Below are positions 25,881 to 34,989 of a stretch of DNA of 64,000 nt, piece after piece (the first letter of the stretch is position 1; each line of letters starts with the position of its first letter). Source of the stretch: an uncultured Candidatus Obscuribacterales bacterium (GTDB taxonomy: Bacteria > Cyanobacteriota > Vampirovibrionia > Obscuribacterales > Obscuribacteraceae); contig CAZTQO010000018.1 of NCBI GenBank assembly GCA_964615655.1, positions 854 to 64,853 of the forward strand, in the 5' to 3' direction. The position numbers were made by a program, and so were the translations under genes. The notes below the pieces were generated by a model. The model was not told the origin of the DNA. It did not search any database and saw only the letters and a list, made by a program, of their open reading frames with translations.

Positions 25881-26143
25881 ATTTACCTCACCCTACTAAA
25901 GATTCCCAGATAGCCCTTTGGGGGTTGTTCTTCATGCCGTGCCGATGTTTTCATTCTAGGCGTTTGCCGACCCTTGCCTATGTTGGAAATACTAAGTAGT
26001 TTGGCAATTGAGCAAGGTGTTTTTCTTTCTTAAAAAGCTGCTTGCTCTCTCAATCCTGGAGCTTTCTTCAAGCTTTCTTTTAGGCTTCGGTAAATCCTTA
26101 ACAGAGACTGTCTGAACTGATCCTTGCCAGGATATATACAGTT

Positions 26144-26938
26144 ATGAGGGAATATGAAATTGAAAGTCTGCAAACGGACAGCAGCCAGTGCAGTCTGGCG
26201 GATAATTCGGCCGCGAAAATGTCCAGGGAGGTCTATGAAAATTGCTTCCGGCAAAGCACGAGGGTACTGAAAGTTCCGGAGCTTACAAGCAGTGAGGCCG
26301 GCGCTCTTGAAACAAGCCTGCCTGCATCCGATCCCTTTGCAGAGCTTTATATGGAGATGCGCAAGTCAGTTGCCAAAGTCGAAACCACAGATGATTTTTG
26401 TGGCTCCGGTTTCTTTCTTGACAAAGACGGGCTCTTCGTCACAGGCTTTCATGTGGTTGAAGGAAGCCAGGAACTTTTTGTGCGAACTGAAGACGGCGTT
26501 CAACATAAGGCCCGCCTGCTAGCTGCAGATCCCGCAAATGATGTGGCAATGCTTAAAGTAGAGAAGTGTAGTGAAAACGAGCTTTTCGAGCCGCTTGAAC
26601 TGGCGCCTTTTGATGAGAGCCTCAAAGAACAGGAACTGGTTTCGTACGGCTATGGAACCGGGCAGGAACTGCATTTCTCGGCAGGAATTTATGATCGTTC
26701 ATTGCAGCAAAAGGAGATCAAGCTCAGCTCGAATGAGTCCTATTTCGACGAAAATCGCAGGCTCGCTCATATAAGGCAGCGCACCGCACATGGTGACTCG
26801 GGCGGACCGGAGGTTTTGCTCAAGGACGGTACAGTAAGGCTTATGGTAGGAATGACTGATGGGCGAAAAAACACCCTTGCAATTCCGGCGCAAAAGATTA
26901 TTGCACTAAGAGACGCGTACCTGAGCACTAAAAAGTGA
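26144..26938 (+). CDS. Trypsin-like (S1/chymotrypsin fold) serine peptidase
   Basis: CGSGFFLDKDGLFVTGFHVV (His), NDVAMLKV (Asp), HGDSGGP (Ser). Confidence 0.75.
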   Translation: MREYEIESLQTDSSQCSLADNSAAKMSREVYENCFRQSTRVLKVPELTSSEAGALETSLPASDPFAELYMEMRKSVAKVETTDDFCGSGFFLDKDGLFVTGFHVVEGSQELFVRTEDGVQHKARLLAADPANDVAMLKVEKCSENELFEPLELAPFDESLKEQELVSYGYGTGQELHFSAGIYDRSLQQKEIKLSSNESYFDENRRLAHIRQRTAHGDSGGPEVLLKDGTVRLMVGMTDGRKNTLAIPAQKIIALRDAYLSTKK

Positions 26939-26980
26939 TAATGCTCCTGCTGGCTACTCTAAAAAGCAGCTGTTTTCGGA

Positions 26981-29900
26981 TTAGATGCGAGCCTGGAATT
27001 GGACGCCGTTGGCTCTTGCAAGCGCAATGCTGGCAACGCTTGACGCCTGCTTGCCTTCGGGCTTGATTTTGTGTTCAGTGCAAAACTTCTCGATTTCTTC
27101 CGCTTTCGGCATCACAATTGTGGTGCCCCGCTTCAGTACCTCAATCGGACAGCCTCTTGGGTCGGTATCTGTGGAGAGCCCGTTGACTTCGGCAAGCAGT
27201 TTCCACATTTCAACGTTGTTTAGATGCGGGTGTTTTAAAGCAATGCTTTTCAGAGTTTCGCCGAGCCTGACCACGTAGCGAATGCGTCCGTCTGCATGCT
27301 GTTTAGCCTGGAAAGATCCGAGCAGTTTTTCGATATTTGCGCGGCGCGCATTCTTCAGGCTTTCATCCTGATGCAAGTTTGCATCTTGCTGGGGTTGGTC
27401 GGCGGAAGGCCCGTACCAGCGCCTGCCGAAGCGCGCTGCAAGTTCTTCTTCCGGGCTTGCATAAATCACGCCGGCAAAGCCGATATGGCTGTAGTCTTTT
27501 AGCACGCCCGACTGTTTGAAAAGATCAACGTCATCATCTGTTGGGATCCAGATGAGTGTGTTCAGTTGGGGAATCGCAAATGACTTGCCATTATAGGTGG
27601 TGACAGGTATTGCAGAGCGGTTTATATGAAAAATCGCTGCGCCCAAATCTCCGCTGTTCAGGAACTTTGCAGCCAGAGACGATAGCGTGTCGTGCTTTTT
27701 GATCCGGTATTTGAGCCTTGTTTTTTGCTTTGGATCTTGTTTTGCCTTGTCTTTTATTTTTTCCTGTTCTTTCTCTTTTCGTTCTTTGTTTTTCATTTCT
27801 CTGAGTTTGGCCTGCATGAACGCAGTCATTTCTTCAGGATTGAGTTGAGCCTTGTCGTCTTTCTTTATTTTTTCGTCTTCTTCGCGCTTTTTCTCGTCGA
27901 GATTCTTGTTGTTTTCTTGGAAATTGTTCTTGCTCTGGTTGCTATCCGACTTGTTTTCGGAAGCAACGATGCGATCCGCTTGCACAAGATTTTGTTGTTG
28001 AGCTTTAATCACGGTTTGTCCGTGGTCTTCGGCTTCTCTCTGGGTTCTTACCTGTTCCTGAGCTCTCTGCACGTTTCCATTATTAGCCGAGTTGGCGGCG
28101 TCAATCGTTCTGCCGGTCACAGTCTGATTTGAGTTTATAACTGGTTTGTTGCCGTCAAGATTGCGGTTGGCGATTTCCGCGTTCTGTTTCTGTTCTTGTT
28201 GCCTGTTTGCAAGATGATCGCCTTCCCTGATTCTTCCCTGTACTTGCTGTGCTTGCTGTGATATTTCAGCCTGCTGCAACTTGACTGCAAAAGTCTGGCT
28301 CTGTCCCGGAATCTCAGCTTGCCGCTGGTTCAAATTGCGTTGTATTTGTAGAGCCTGCATCATTTCAGCGTTTGAGTTAAACCTCTGGTTTTGTGTCAGT
28401 TCGCGCAGTACATTGTGCGATTGTTCGGAGCCTGGAACACGCTCAAGTCCGTGTTTGCCCATACCTTCAATCACTCTTGTAAGCAGCTGCCTGGCACTGA
28501 GATCTCCGGCAAGCTGAATGCCGTTTTTGGCGATTTGCTGGCCGTCGCGCCCGCTTAAACCAGTTTCCATTTTGCCATTTAGATTTATCGGGCTTGATTG
28601 CTCCAGAGGTCTTGCAGGTCTTGAAAGATCGGAGAGCTGTCCGCTAATCGACCTTGAGATCGGACCAATATCGCCATGCGAACGAAGATTGCCGAAAAAC
28701 TCAGCTTTGAGATTCGATCTTTGAATATCGCTCAACTGTCTTGATATCAGATCGTTGTTTCTGAGATTAACGTTGAAGCTGTCTCTGCCTGCTTGAGGTA
28801 TGCGTCCAATCTCACCTTTCATGGCAGCAAGTGCACCGATTTCATTTAGTTGTGCTCTTCCCATTAGTCTCAGCTGGCTTGCGGCCGGGTCGAATTTGCC
28901 TGCTTCACCCGGACGAAAATCGTGTGCTGCAAAGGCTCTTTCAGCCAGGCTTTGGCGCGGGCCGTTAAGTTCAGGCCGGCCGCCTGATTCAGGTCGAGCA
29001 GCGAATTCAGGCCTACTGCCCGGTCTGAAAGGTTCGGAGTCTGGCCTGTTTCGCCAGTCCTGACGCAGATCCGGGCGCCCGTCGTTTCTCGGACCGTTCC
29101 AATCAGGTCTCGGTCGGTTGTCTCCATCCGGTCTTCCCGCACGCCAGTCAGGCCGTCCGTCCGGTCTCTGACCGTCGTTTCTCGGACCGTTCCAATCGGG
29201 TCTCGGTCGGTTGTCTCCATCGGGTCTTCCCGCACGCCAGTCAGGCCGTCCGTCCGGTCTCTGGCCGTCATTGCGCGGACCTTCGTTTCTTGGAGCGTTG
29301 GAATCTTTCGGCTGGTTGCGATCGCCATCGTAGTTTTTGCGCCAGTCCTGACCGTTCCACTGTGGTCTGTTTCCTTGTGGATTCGGGTTCGGGTTTTCCG
29401 GTCTCTGTATCGGCCCTTCAGGGCGCTTGCCTGCCCATTCCGGTCTGTCTCTGTGCGGATTAAAAGCCGGATTCGGGTTCGGATTTTCCGGTCTGGGGCT
29501 GTCTGTCGCTTTTGTTTCGCTAGGTTTGGAATTGTCGACTTTTTTGCCTTCGCCATTGTCTTTGTTGCCGTCGTGCTGCTGGCCGGGTTTGCCGTCGTGC
29601 TGCTGGCCGGGTTTGCCGTCGTGCTGCTGGCCGGGTTTGCCGTCGTGCTGGCGCCATGGTTTACCCTCGCCGTCATTCTTGCCGTGCCAGGGCTTGCCGT
29701 CACCATCATTTTTGCCATGCCAGGGCTTGCCCTCGCCGTCGCGCCATCTTCCTTGTCGGTCTTCTGCGGGTTTTGATGGGTCTGAACCTGGCTTCTGAGC
29801 ATCGCCTGGTTTCTGGGCGTCTTTGCTTTTGAAGATATCAGCCCAGGCCTTGCCTTCGGTGGGTCCGTTCCAGTTTCCCGGACCGCGGCGGGTAGCTTCA

Positions 29901-30379
29901 GGAGCGGTTTCCTGAGCTCTGTTGTTTTGGTATTCCTGCTTTTGTGCCTGTTCGGGAGATTTTGTTTGTGGCTCCGCTTTTGTTTCGCCTTTCGGAGCGT
30001 TCTTCACTTCTTGCCAGCCGCTTCCGTCTTTGTTTGGCACGTATTTGGTTGTTTCGCCGGTTCGTTTGTCGGTCGACAAGAGCGAATTGCCGTCGTTTTG
30101 CACCCTTCCTGTTGGAATGGTGGCATCTTTGTGATCTTTGCTGGCAGTGTTTCTGTCCTGCCCGTTTGTCGGCGGCTTATACGGTTCCCTGACAATTTCG
30201 CTACGCCTGGCCGGATCCGGTCTTGTATTGTCGTTTGTGTTAGTCTGGTCGTTGTTTCTGAACGGGCTCTTTTCAGTCCCTGACTCCTGAGTCCTGGGCT
30301 TACTGTCTATTTCGTTCAGGTTAAAACGTTGTCCCTGCTCGGGTCTTTCTTTTGGCTGGCTATCCAGATGTTGGGGCAT
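26981..30379 (-). CDS. Giant (1132 aa) low-complexity protein with two C-terminal LysM domains
   Basis: LysM-like YRIKKHDTLSSLAAKF and YVVRLGETLKSIALKH..VEMWKLLAEVNGL. The N-terminal ~800 aa are P/G/D/R/Q/N-rich with peptide repeats (GKPWHGKNDG x2, QHDGKPG x3, and a 31-aa PRNDGQRPDGRPDWRAGRPDGDNRPRPDWNG x2). No signal peptide seen. Confidence 0.75.
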   Translation of the reverse strand: MPQHLDSQPKERPEQGQRFNLNEIDSKPRTQESGTEKSPFRNNDQTNTNDNTRPDPARRSEIVREPYKPPTNGQDRNTASKDHKDATIPTGRVQNDGNSLLSTDKRTGETTKYVPNKDGSGWQEVKNAPKGETKAEPQTKSPEQAQKQEYQNNRAQETAPEATRRGPGNWNGPTEGKAWADIFKSKDAQKPGDAQKPGSDPSKPAEDRQGRWRDGEGKPWHGKNDGDGKPWHGKNDGEGKPWRQHDGKPGQQHDGKPGQQHDGKPGQQHDGNKDNGEGKKVDNSKPSETKATDSPRPENPNPNPAFNPHRDRPEWAGKRPEGPIQRPENPNPNPQGNRPQWNGQDWRKNYDGDRNQPKDSNAPRNEGPRNDGQRPDGRPDWRAGRPDGDNRPRPDWNGPRNDGQRPDGRPDWRAGRPDGDNRPRPDWNGPRNDGRPDLRQDWRNRPDSEPFRPGSRPEFAARPESGGRPELNGPRQSLAERAFAAHDFRPGEAGKFDPAASQLRLMGRAQLNEIGALAAMKGEIGRIPQAGRDSFNVNLRNNDLISRQLSDIQRSNLKAEFFGNLRSHGDIGPISRSISGQLSDLSRPARPLEQSSPINLNGKMETGLSGRDGQQIAKNGIQLAGDLSARQLLTRVIEGMGKHGLERVPGSEQSHNVLRELTQNQRFNSNAEMMQALQIQRNLNQRQAEIPGQSQTFAVKLQQAEISQQAQQVQGRIREGDHLANRQQEQKQNAEIANRNLDGNKPVINSNQTVTGRTIDAANSANNGNVQRAQEQVRTQREAEDHGQTVIKAQQQNLVQADRIVASENKSDSNQSKNNFQENNKNLDEKKREEDEKIKKDDKAQLNPEEMTAFMQAKLREMKNKERKEKEQEKIKDKAKQDPKQKTRLKYRIKKHDTLSSLAAKFLNSGDLGAAIFHINRSAIPVTTYNGKSFAIPQLNTLIWIPTDDDVDLFKQSGVLKDYSHIGFAGVIYASPEEELAARFGRRWYGPSADQPQQDANLHQDESLKNARRANIEKLLGSFQAKQHADGRIRYVVRLGETLKSIALKHPHLNNVEMWKLLAEVNGLSTDTDPRGCPIEVLKRGTTIVMPKAEEIEKFCTEHKIKPEGKQASSVASIALARANGVQFQARI
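29079..29264. repeat. Two near-identical 93-bp tandem copies inside the LysM gene
   Basis: Units 29079-29171 and 29172-29264 differ at only a few positions and encode the 31-aa repeat. Confidence 0.85.
29567..29650. repeat. 24-bp tandem repeat, about 3.5 copies (GCCGTCGTGCTGCTGGCCGGGTTT), inside the LysM gene
   Basis: Perfect copies start at 29567, 29591 and 29615, with a partial copy at 29639. A 33-bp repeat pair follows (about 29655-29740). Confidence 0.85.
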
Positions 30380-30459
30380 GCTCTGAATTTTTTCCTCTCA
30401 GCGCTCAAGAACCTGAAAAAACTAGCTTTTTGGCTGTTAAGAATGGGTGGAATTACACG

Positions 30460-30492
30460 ATTAAATGATGGTAATAGACTCAATCATTTAAT
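30460..30492. other. Perfect 10-bp inverted repeat ATTAAATGAT-(13 nt)-ATCATTTAAT
   Basis: Lies between the stop of the lipoprotein gene (30544) and the start of the LysM gene (30379). Confidence 0.5.
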
Positions 30493-30543
30493 GCATTGCG
30501 GAAATTACGAACAAATGAGGGCAAATAGATTAGTTTTTTTGGC

Positions 30544-31257
30544 TCAGCGATGCCGGTGTTTGCTGCGTTTTGGATGATGATTAGCTTCAGATGAAGCTCT
30601 GGGCTGCTCAAGCTCGCTTTGCTCGCTTTCCGGCTTTGGAAGCGGGTCTGGCTCAAGGCTGAAAAAAGTCGGTCGGTCATAAGTGCTGCCGTCAATCCAG
30701 GAGCTTTGCATTAGCCAGCTTCTCACCTGACCGTTCCTGACTGAGCGAAAATAGACTGGAAAAGCGTCATTGTCATCTGTCCACACTTCCCATTCGCTGT
30801 TTTCGTCCTTAAAAAGCCAGCGGTGATATGGAAAGTTCTTAAACCAGCCTCTTCCAATACAGCTGGCTTTTCGGGCTCCGGCATTTTCTGCGTTCAAGAC
30901 CGCGGGGAACTCGTATGGATCAAGCTTTGTTGTTTCGAGTAAGTCCTTTTCAAAGTCCTTGTTTACAACTTCCTGTTTTTGATAATCAATAATTGTTTTT
31001 TTTGTCTGACTACTACCCTTAAAAAGTACCCTGGCCAGTCCTTCCCCGTTGTAAAAAACGCTTATTTGCTTTGAAGGACTGTCACTGGCTATCAGATCAT
31101 AAGTAACCCCAACCGGATGAGGCCTGGCCTTGTTTACCGACTCTTCTTTTTTGTCATTAAGCTCATGCTGCAAAAGCCATTGAGAAAACGACGAACATGA
31201 ACACAAAAGAGCTGTTGCAAGGAAGGAAAGCAAAATTGCCCGAAATTTCATAAACAA
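30544..31257 (-). CDS. Hypothetical lipoprotein
   Basis: MKFRAILLSFLATALLCSCSS is a signal peptide with a Cys-containing lipobox-like end. No recognised domain. Confidence 0.55.
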   Translation of the reverse strand: MFMKFRAILLSFLATALLCSCSSFSQWLLQHELNDKKEESVNKARPHPVGVTYDLIASDSPSKQISVFYNGEGLARVLFKGSSQTKKTIIDYQKQEVVNKDFEKDLLETTKLDPYEFPAVLNAENAGARKASCIGRGWFKNFPYHRWLFKDENSEWEVWTDDNDAFPVYFRSVRNGQVRSWLMQSSWIDGSTYDRPTFFSLEPDPLPKPESEQSELEQPRASSEANHHPKRSKHRHR

Positions 31258-31478
31258 GCAGAAAGTCCTTTTTGCTCATGATACAAGGCGAGATAAAAAC
31301 TTGCTCATAGCTGCCGAAGTCTGTATCGGGCTTGCAATGTTTCAGCTGTGTAATCCTTTCAAGAGCCTGAGTTGCTGCTAAAATCTTTGCAAGAGATATA
31401 TGTTTAGAGTGGTTGGTGCTGTTTTGCCTGGCTGTGGCTGTGGTCGGTCCATCCGGTTTTTGAAAGGAGAAAAGAGGG

Positions 31479-31733
31479 ATGAAACCCAAACAACGGTCGA
31501 AAGACTACACTGATAACGGTCCGCGCAAACGCAAGCTGGATCCGATCGTTGCCAACAAAATTGATTTCATCGACTACAAAGATGTAAATCTATTGCGCAA
31601 GTTTATTACCGAAAACGGCAAGGTTTTGCCACGTCGAATCACCGGTTGCAATGCCAAGAACCAGAGAGCTATTACGCTTGCAATTAAAAGAGCCAGAGCT
31701 CTTGGAATTCTTCCGTTTACCGGATCCATTTAA
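31479..31733 (+). CDS. rpsR: 30S ribosomal protein S18
   Basis: [48 protein letters not shown]. Not flanked by rpsF/ssb/rplI. Confidence 0.9.
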   Translation: MKPKQRSKDYTDNGPRKRKLDPIVANKIDFIDYKDVNLLRKFITENGKVLPRRITGCNAKNQRAITLAIKRARALGILPFTGSI

Positions 31734-31753
31734 GAAAAGCAACAGCTGCCAAA

Positions 31754-32674
31754 CTATACCGTTCTAACTGAGCCTTCGAGAGGCTCGGCTTCTTTGTGTC
31801 CGACTCTTTCTACCTGAGCAAGGCCTACCCCGATCATTACCAGCATGATTCCGATGATTTGCCAACTGCTGACGGTTTCATGCAGAACAAGAGCTGCTGC
31901 AACAATCAGAAGCGGGCGTTGAAGCATGGTCAGGACTGAGATTCTTGATGCGCCAATCATATTGAGGGCAGATATGAAGGCAAGATTTGCAAGTGCAGCG
32001 GAAACTCCGATCCAGCTTCCGTAGAAGAAAGCGGTCCAGGAGAATTTGAGCAGGAACGGCAAGAGGCAAAGACTTAAAAGTCCCTGAACCGAATAGGATA
32101 GGCTTGCTGCAAATGGCGGGCTCACCCTTTCGCATAGAATTTCCATGCGCACCCTGTATATAGTTGAACTGAATGCTGCGGCGACTGCCATGCCAACTCC
32201 TGCAGCGTTCAGGCTCAGGTCTTTATAGTCCAGGGTCAGGACAATGCCGAAAAAACACATGAAAAAGCCAAGCCAGAATTTTTTTGTAAGCCTGTCCCTG
32301 CCAATCAGACTGTTTGTGAGAGCTACAAAAGCAGGAACACACGTCACAATTGTGATTAACAGGACCACTGACACTGTTTCTAAGGATATAAGTGTCAGGG
32401 TGTTGGTGGCGAAAAGAAAAATCCCCGGGACAAGCAGCTGCTTAATGGTTTGAGCATGACGCTGCCAGCCTTTCATTAAAAAAGGCAGGACAAATAAGGC
32501 GCCAAGGCTGTTTTTCAGAAAAACCAGCTCCAGTGGAAGTGCGCCTGCAGCATAGGCGAATTTGGCTACAATCGGCTCGATTGACGCTGCGATTAAGGCA
32601 AGAGCTATCCAGGCTGGTGCTTGTAGCGACCTGGACCGGCTTAAATCAGTGCTGTTCAGTTTTGATTCGCTCAA
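31754..32674 (-). CDS. EamA/DMT-superfamily transporter
   Basis: 306 aa with about 10 TM helices in two similar halves, typical of EamA-domain permeases. Confidence 0.65.
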   Translation of the reverse strand: MSESKLNSTDLSRSRSLQAPAWIALALIAASIEPIVAKFAYAAGALPLELVFLKNSLGALFVLPFLMKGWQRHAQTIKQLLVPGIFLFATNTLTLISLETVSVVLLITIVTCVPAFVALTNSLIGRDRLTKKFWLGFFMCFFGIVLTLDYKDLSLNAAGVGMAVAAAFSSTIYRVRMEILCERVSPPFAASLSYSVQGLLSLCLLPFLLKFSWTAFFYGSWIGVSAALANLAFISALNMIGASRISVLTMLQRPLLIVAAALVLHETVSSWQIIGIMLVMIGVGLAQVERVGHKEAEPLEGSVRTV

Positions 32675-32813
32675 AATACCGTCAAATTTGCCTCTTTTTT
32701 GGGCAATTGAAAGCTTAAATCAAAGATGCCCTGATAATGTCACAGTTATGTCAGTCGGCCTTAGTAATGTTTAATGCACGGGGATGTGATTGAGTTTCTT
32801 GGGGATTGCATAA

Positions 32814-33053
32814 ATGTCAGCCAAGCCGAGTGTAAGAGAAAAGTTTTCGCTGGAGTTTGTCTCAGCAGATAAAGAAGCAGCCGCTCTCAAGGCTTTGTTC
32901 GAGTCGGCACGTGAGCTTCCTGACCTTGTTCTATTCGATCCTGAAGCTGTTGAAAGCAGAGAGAGCTTTATTCCTGAGCCTGCACAAGAGGAAGAAAGCC
33001 AGCCGGACCCGGTCCAAGAGCTGCGTATGCTCTTCGGTTCGGTCGAAAGATAA
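32814..33053 (+). CDS. Hypothetical small acidic protein (79 aa)
   Basis: ORF only. Weak RBS. No domain. Confidence 0.35.
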   Translation: MSAKPSVREKFSLEFVSADKEAAALKALFESARELPDLVLFDPEAVESRESFIPEPAQEEESQPDPVQELRMLFGSVER

Positions 33054-33054
33054 A

Positions 33055-33528
33055 TCAGCGCATCAGAAAAAAGCGGAAATCAAACGCTTCTTTTCCAGGA
33101 CGGACTATAACAACCCGTCCTTCGTGCTTTTTGGGACGACCGGGACCGTTAAGAGTTTCATGCATTTTGCTTACGATTTCATCCGGCACATTACGGCTGC
33201 GTTGTTTATTGCGTTCAAGGCAGATTGCAAGCGGCACGTCTAAAACCCAGAGTTGTATGTCGCTGTAGCCGCAGGCTTTTGCCTTTTCAATAATCTGTGC
33301 CCTGTGTCGGGGATTTGTGTTGACGTTGTCCACCACAATGTCGCTTTCTTTTGCAGTCAGCTCATCAAAGCGTTTGAAAAAAATCTCGAAAACTTTCTCC
33401 TGATCGCGTTGATCGGCTGCATCACCCCAGAGCTCCTGTCTGATTGAGTCTGCATTCAACGCGGCATAGCCCTTATCCACCAGACGCTGGGCCAGGGTGC
33501 TTTTTCCTGAGCCGGGTATGCCCACCAT
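33055..33528 (-). CDS. P-loop kinase (AAA_33 / polynucleotide-kinase-like ATP-binding protein)
   Basis: MVGIPGSGKSTLAQRL Walker A, DNVNTNP, and R..V.D..V lid-type residues. 157 aa. Confidence 0.6.
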   Translation of the reverse strand: MVGIPGSGKSTLAQRLVDKGYAALNADSIRQELWGDAADQRDQEKVFEIFFKRFDELTAKESDIVVDNVNTNPRHRAQIIEKAKACGYSDIQLWVLDVPLAICLERNKQRSRNVPDEIVSKMHETLNGPGRPKKHEGRVVIVRPGKEAFDFRFFLMR

Positions 33529-33542
33529 TAAAACCAGCTGTT

Positions 33543-33983
33543 TCAGAGTGCATTCCCCTTATGATCAGTGTCGTCCTTTCTTTCCAGTACCCAGGAAAGC
33601 CAGATTATAGCTACTATGAAGCCCAGACCGGCACAAACAGCAGAGTAAACAAGCCGCAAAATGTCCTGTTCTTCGGTTTGCACCGCCATGCGCACATCCA
33701 GCCAGGGGCTACTGTAGAAGATAATTGCAAAAATTCCCACATAAACACCTGTGCTGAAGAGACTTGCCCGGCCTTTTCTGGTCAGATGCTTCCAGGACCA
33801 GATTAGCTGAAAGAAATAACCAAGGGACCAGAGATACAAACAAAGACCGTAATGTTGGAAGCGAGCAATACTTATATGATGCTGAATCGGAAACTTCAAA
33901 AGGCAAAAAGCCAGAAAAAGCATAAAGAGCGTAATTTCTTGATGTTGAACTTGCTTTCTTAGTGCTTCAAGGAATTTATTCAC
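33543..33983 (-). CDS. Hypothetical 4-TM membrane protein
   Basis: 146 aa. GTG start overlaps the creatininase stop (GTGA). Hydrophobic throughout. Confidence 0.5.
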   Translation of the reverse strand: MNKFLEALRKQVQHQEITLFMLFLAFCLLKFPIQHHISIARFQHYGLCLYLWSLGYFFQLIWSWKHLTRKGRASLFSTGVYVGIFAIIFYSSPWLDVRMAVQTEEQDILRLVYSAVCAGLGFIVAIIWLSWVLERKDDTDHKGNAL

Positions 33984-34816
33984 TGTTTAAAACCAGCAGG
34001 TAGGGAGCTTGCTTTCAGTTTTGCAATATCAAGCAAGATCTGCTCGACCAGACATTTTACTACTTTCTGGCCTTTTGCTTGGTTTGCAAGTTTTGCATTA
34101 CCCCAGACTCCGCTTTCAGAATAAGAAAGCACATTTGCCTGTTCACGGTCGCGAGTAAGTCTACCTCTGGCGTTTTTGTCGAAGTCGCAGGCTGCCAGGT
34201 CCATATTTACGCTTTCAGGAGCGATATGAAGCATGATTGAAGTTTCGATTTCATCTGCATGAGATCCGCCTTCCTGTTCTTCGATGCCGGAAAGCTCGCG
34301 TGCCGACAGCGCCTTTTCCAGATTGGTATAAGCAAAGAGAATCGACTCTGCCACAAGTATCTCGGCAGCCTTTTGCAGGGGTTGTATTGTTGAGATGCCG
34401 GTATTTAAGACATAAAAACGCTTTGGGCCGAACTTGCTTATGCTTCTTGAGATGTCGCAGAACATTTGAAGCGTGCATTCTTCCGAAAGTGAAACCGAAC
34501 CGGGATATTCTATAAAAGCCGGGTAATATGAATAATTCACTGTAGGCAATACGATAACATCTGCATTTTTTAGAACTTCGTTTTTCAAGTACTCAACTAA
34601 TATGAAGTCATTGTTCAGCTGTAAATGAAAACCGTGTTCTTTGCAGGCCGACCCGAGCGGAATCACAATCAATGCATTCTCCGTAAGCAGACGCTCTGCT
34701 TCTTTCCAGCTTTTTTGCTCAAGCAATATGCCCTGCATTGAATTTGTTTCTTCCATGATCCTCGCCAGATAAGCTAGCACATTTGTGACTGTGGAACTAT
34801 GCAATTGAGCGGGCAA
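33980..34816 (-). CDS. Creatininase-family amidohydrolase
   Basis: IVIPLGSACKEHGFHLQLNND and GGSHADEIETS match the creatininase/ArfB/MftE family metal-ligand motifs. The true start may be an internal Met (MEETNSMQG). Confidence 0.75.
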   Translation of the reverse strand: MPAQLHSSTVTNVLAYLARIMEETNSMQGILLEQKSWKEAERLLTENALIVIPLGSACKEHGFHLQLNNDFILVEYLKNEVLKNADVIVLPTVNYSYYPAFIEYPGSVSLSEECTLQMFCDISRSISKFGPKRFYVLNTGISTIQPLQKAAEILVAESILFAYTNLEKALSARELSGIEEQEGGSHADEIETSIMLHIAPESVNMDLAACDFDKNARGRLTRDREQANVLSYSESGVWGNAKLANQAKGQKVVKCLVEQILLDIAKLKASSLPAGFKQ

Positions 34817-34989
34817 TCAAACACACTTTAAGAGGGTGTGCTTGCACATCAACCCGAGAGTGTTTTTGGTCCAGAATATACACATAAGCCAACAGGTTAT
34901 CAGGGTTGATCTGGGCTGGTCTAAACAGGGAAAGTGATCTTGAATGGCGCTTGCAGTGCAGCAAAAGATCAATCTAGGAGGACCAGCAC

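Noticed and set aside
28870-29802. 310-aa alternative-frame ORF and several plus-strand ORFs inside the LysM gene
   Set aside because: They arise from the repetitive, stop-poor sequence. The 1132-aa frame is continuous and ends in LysM domains.
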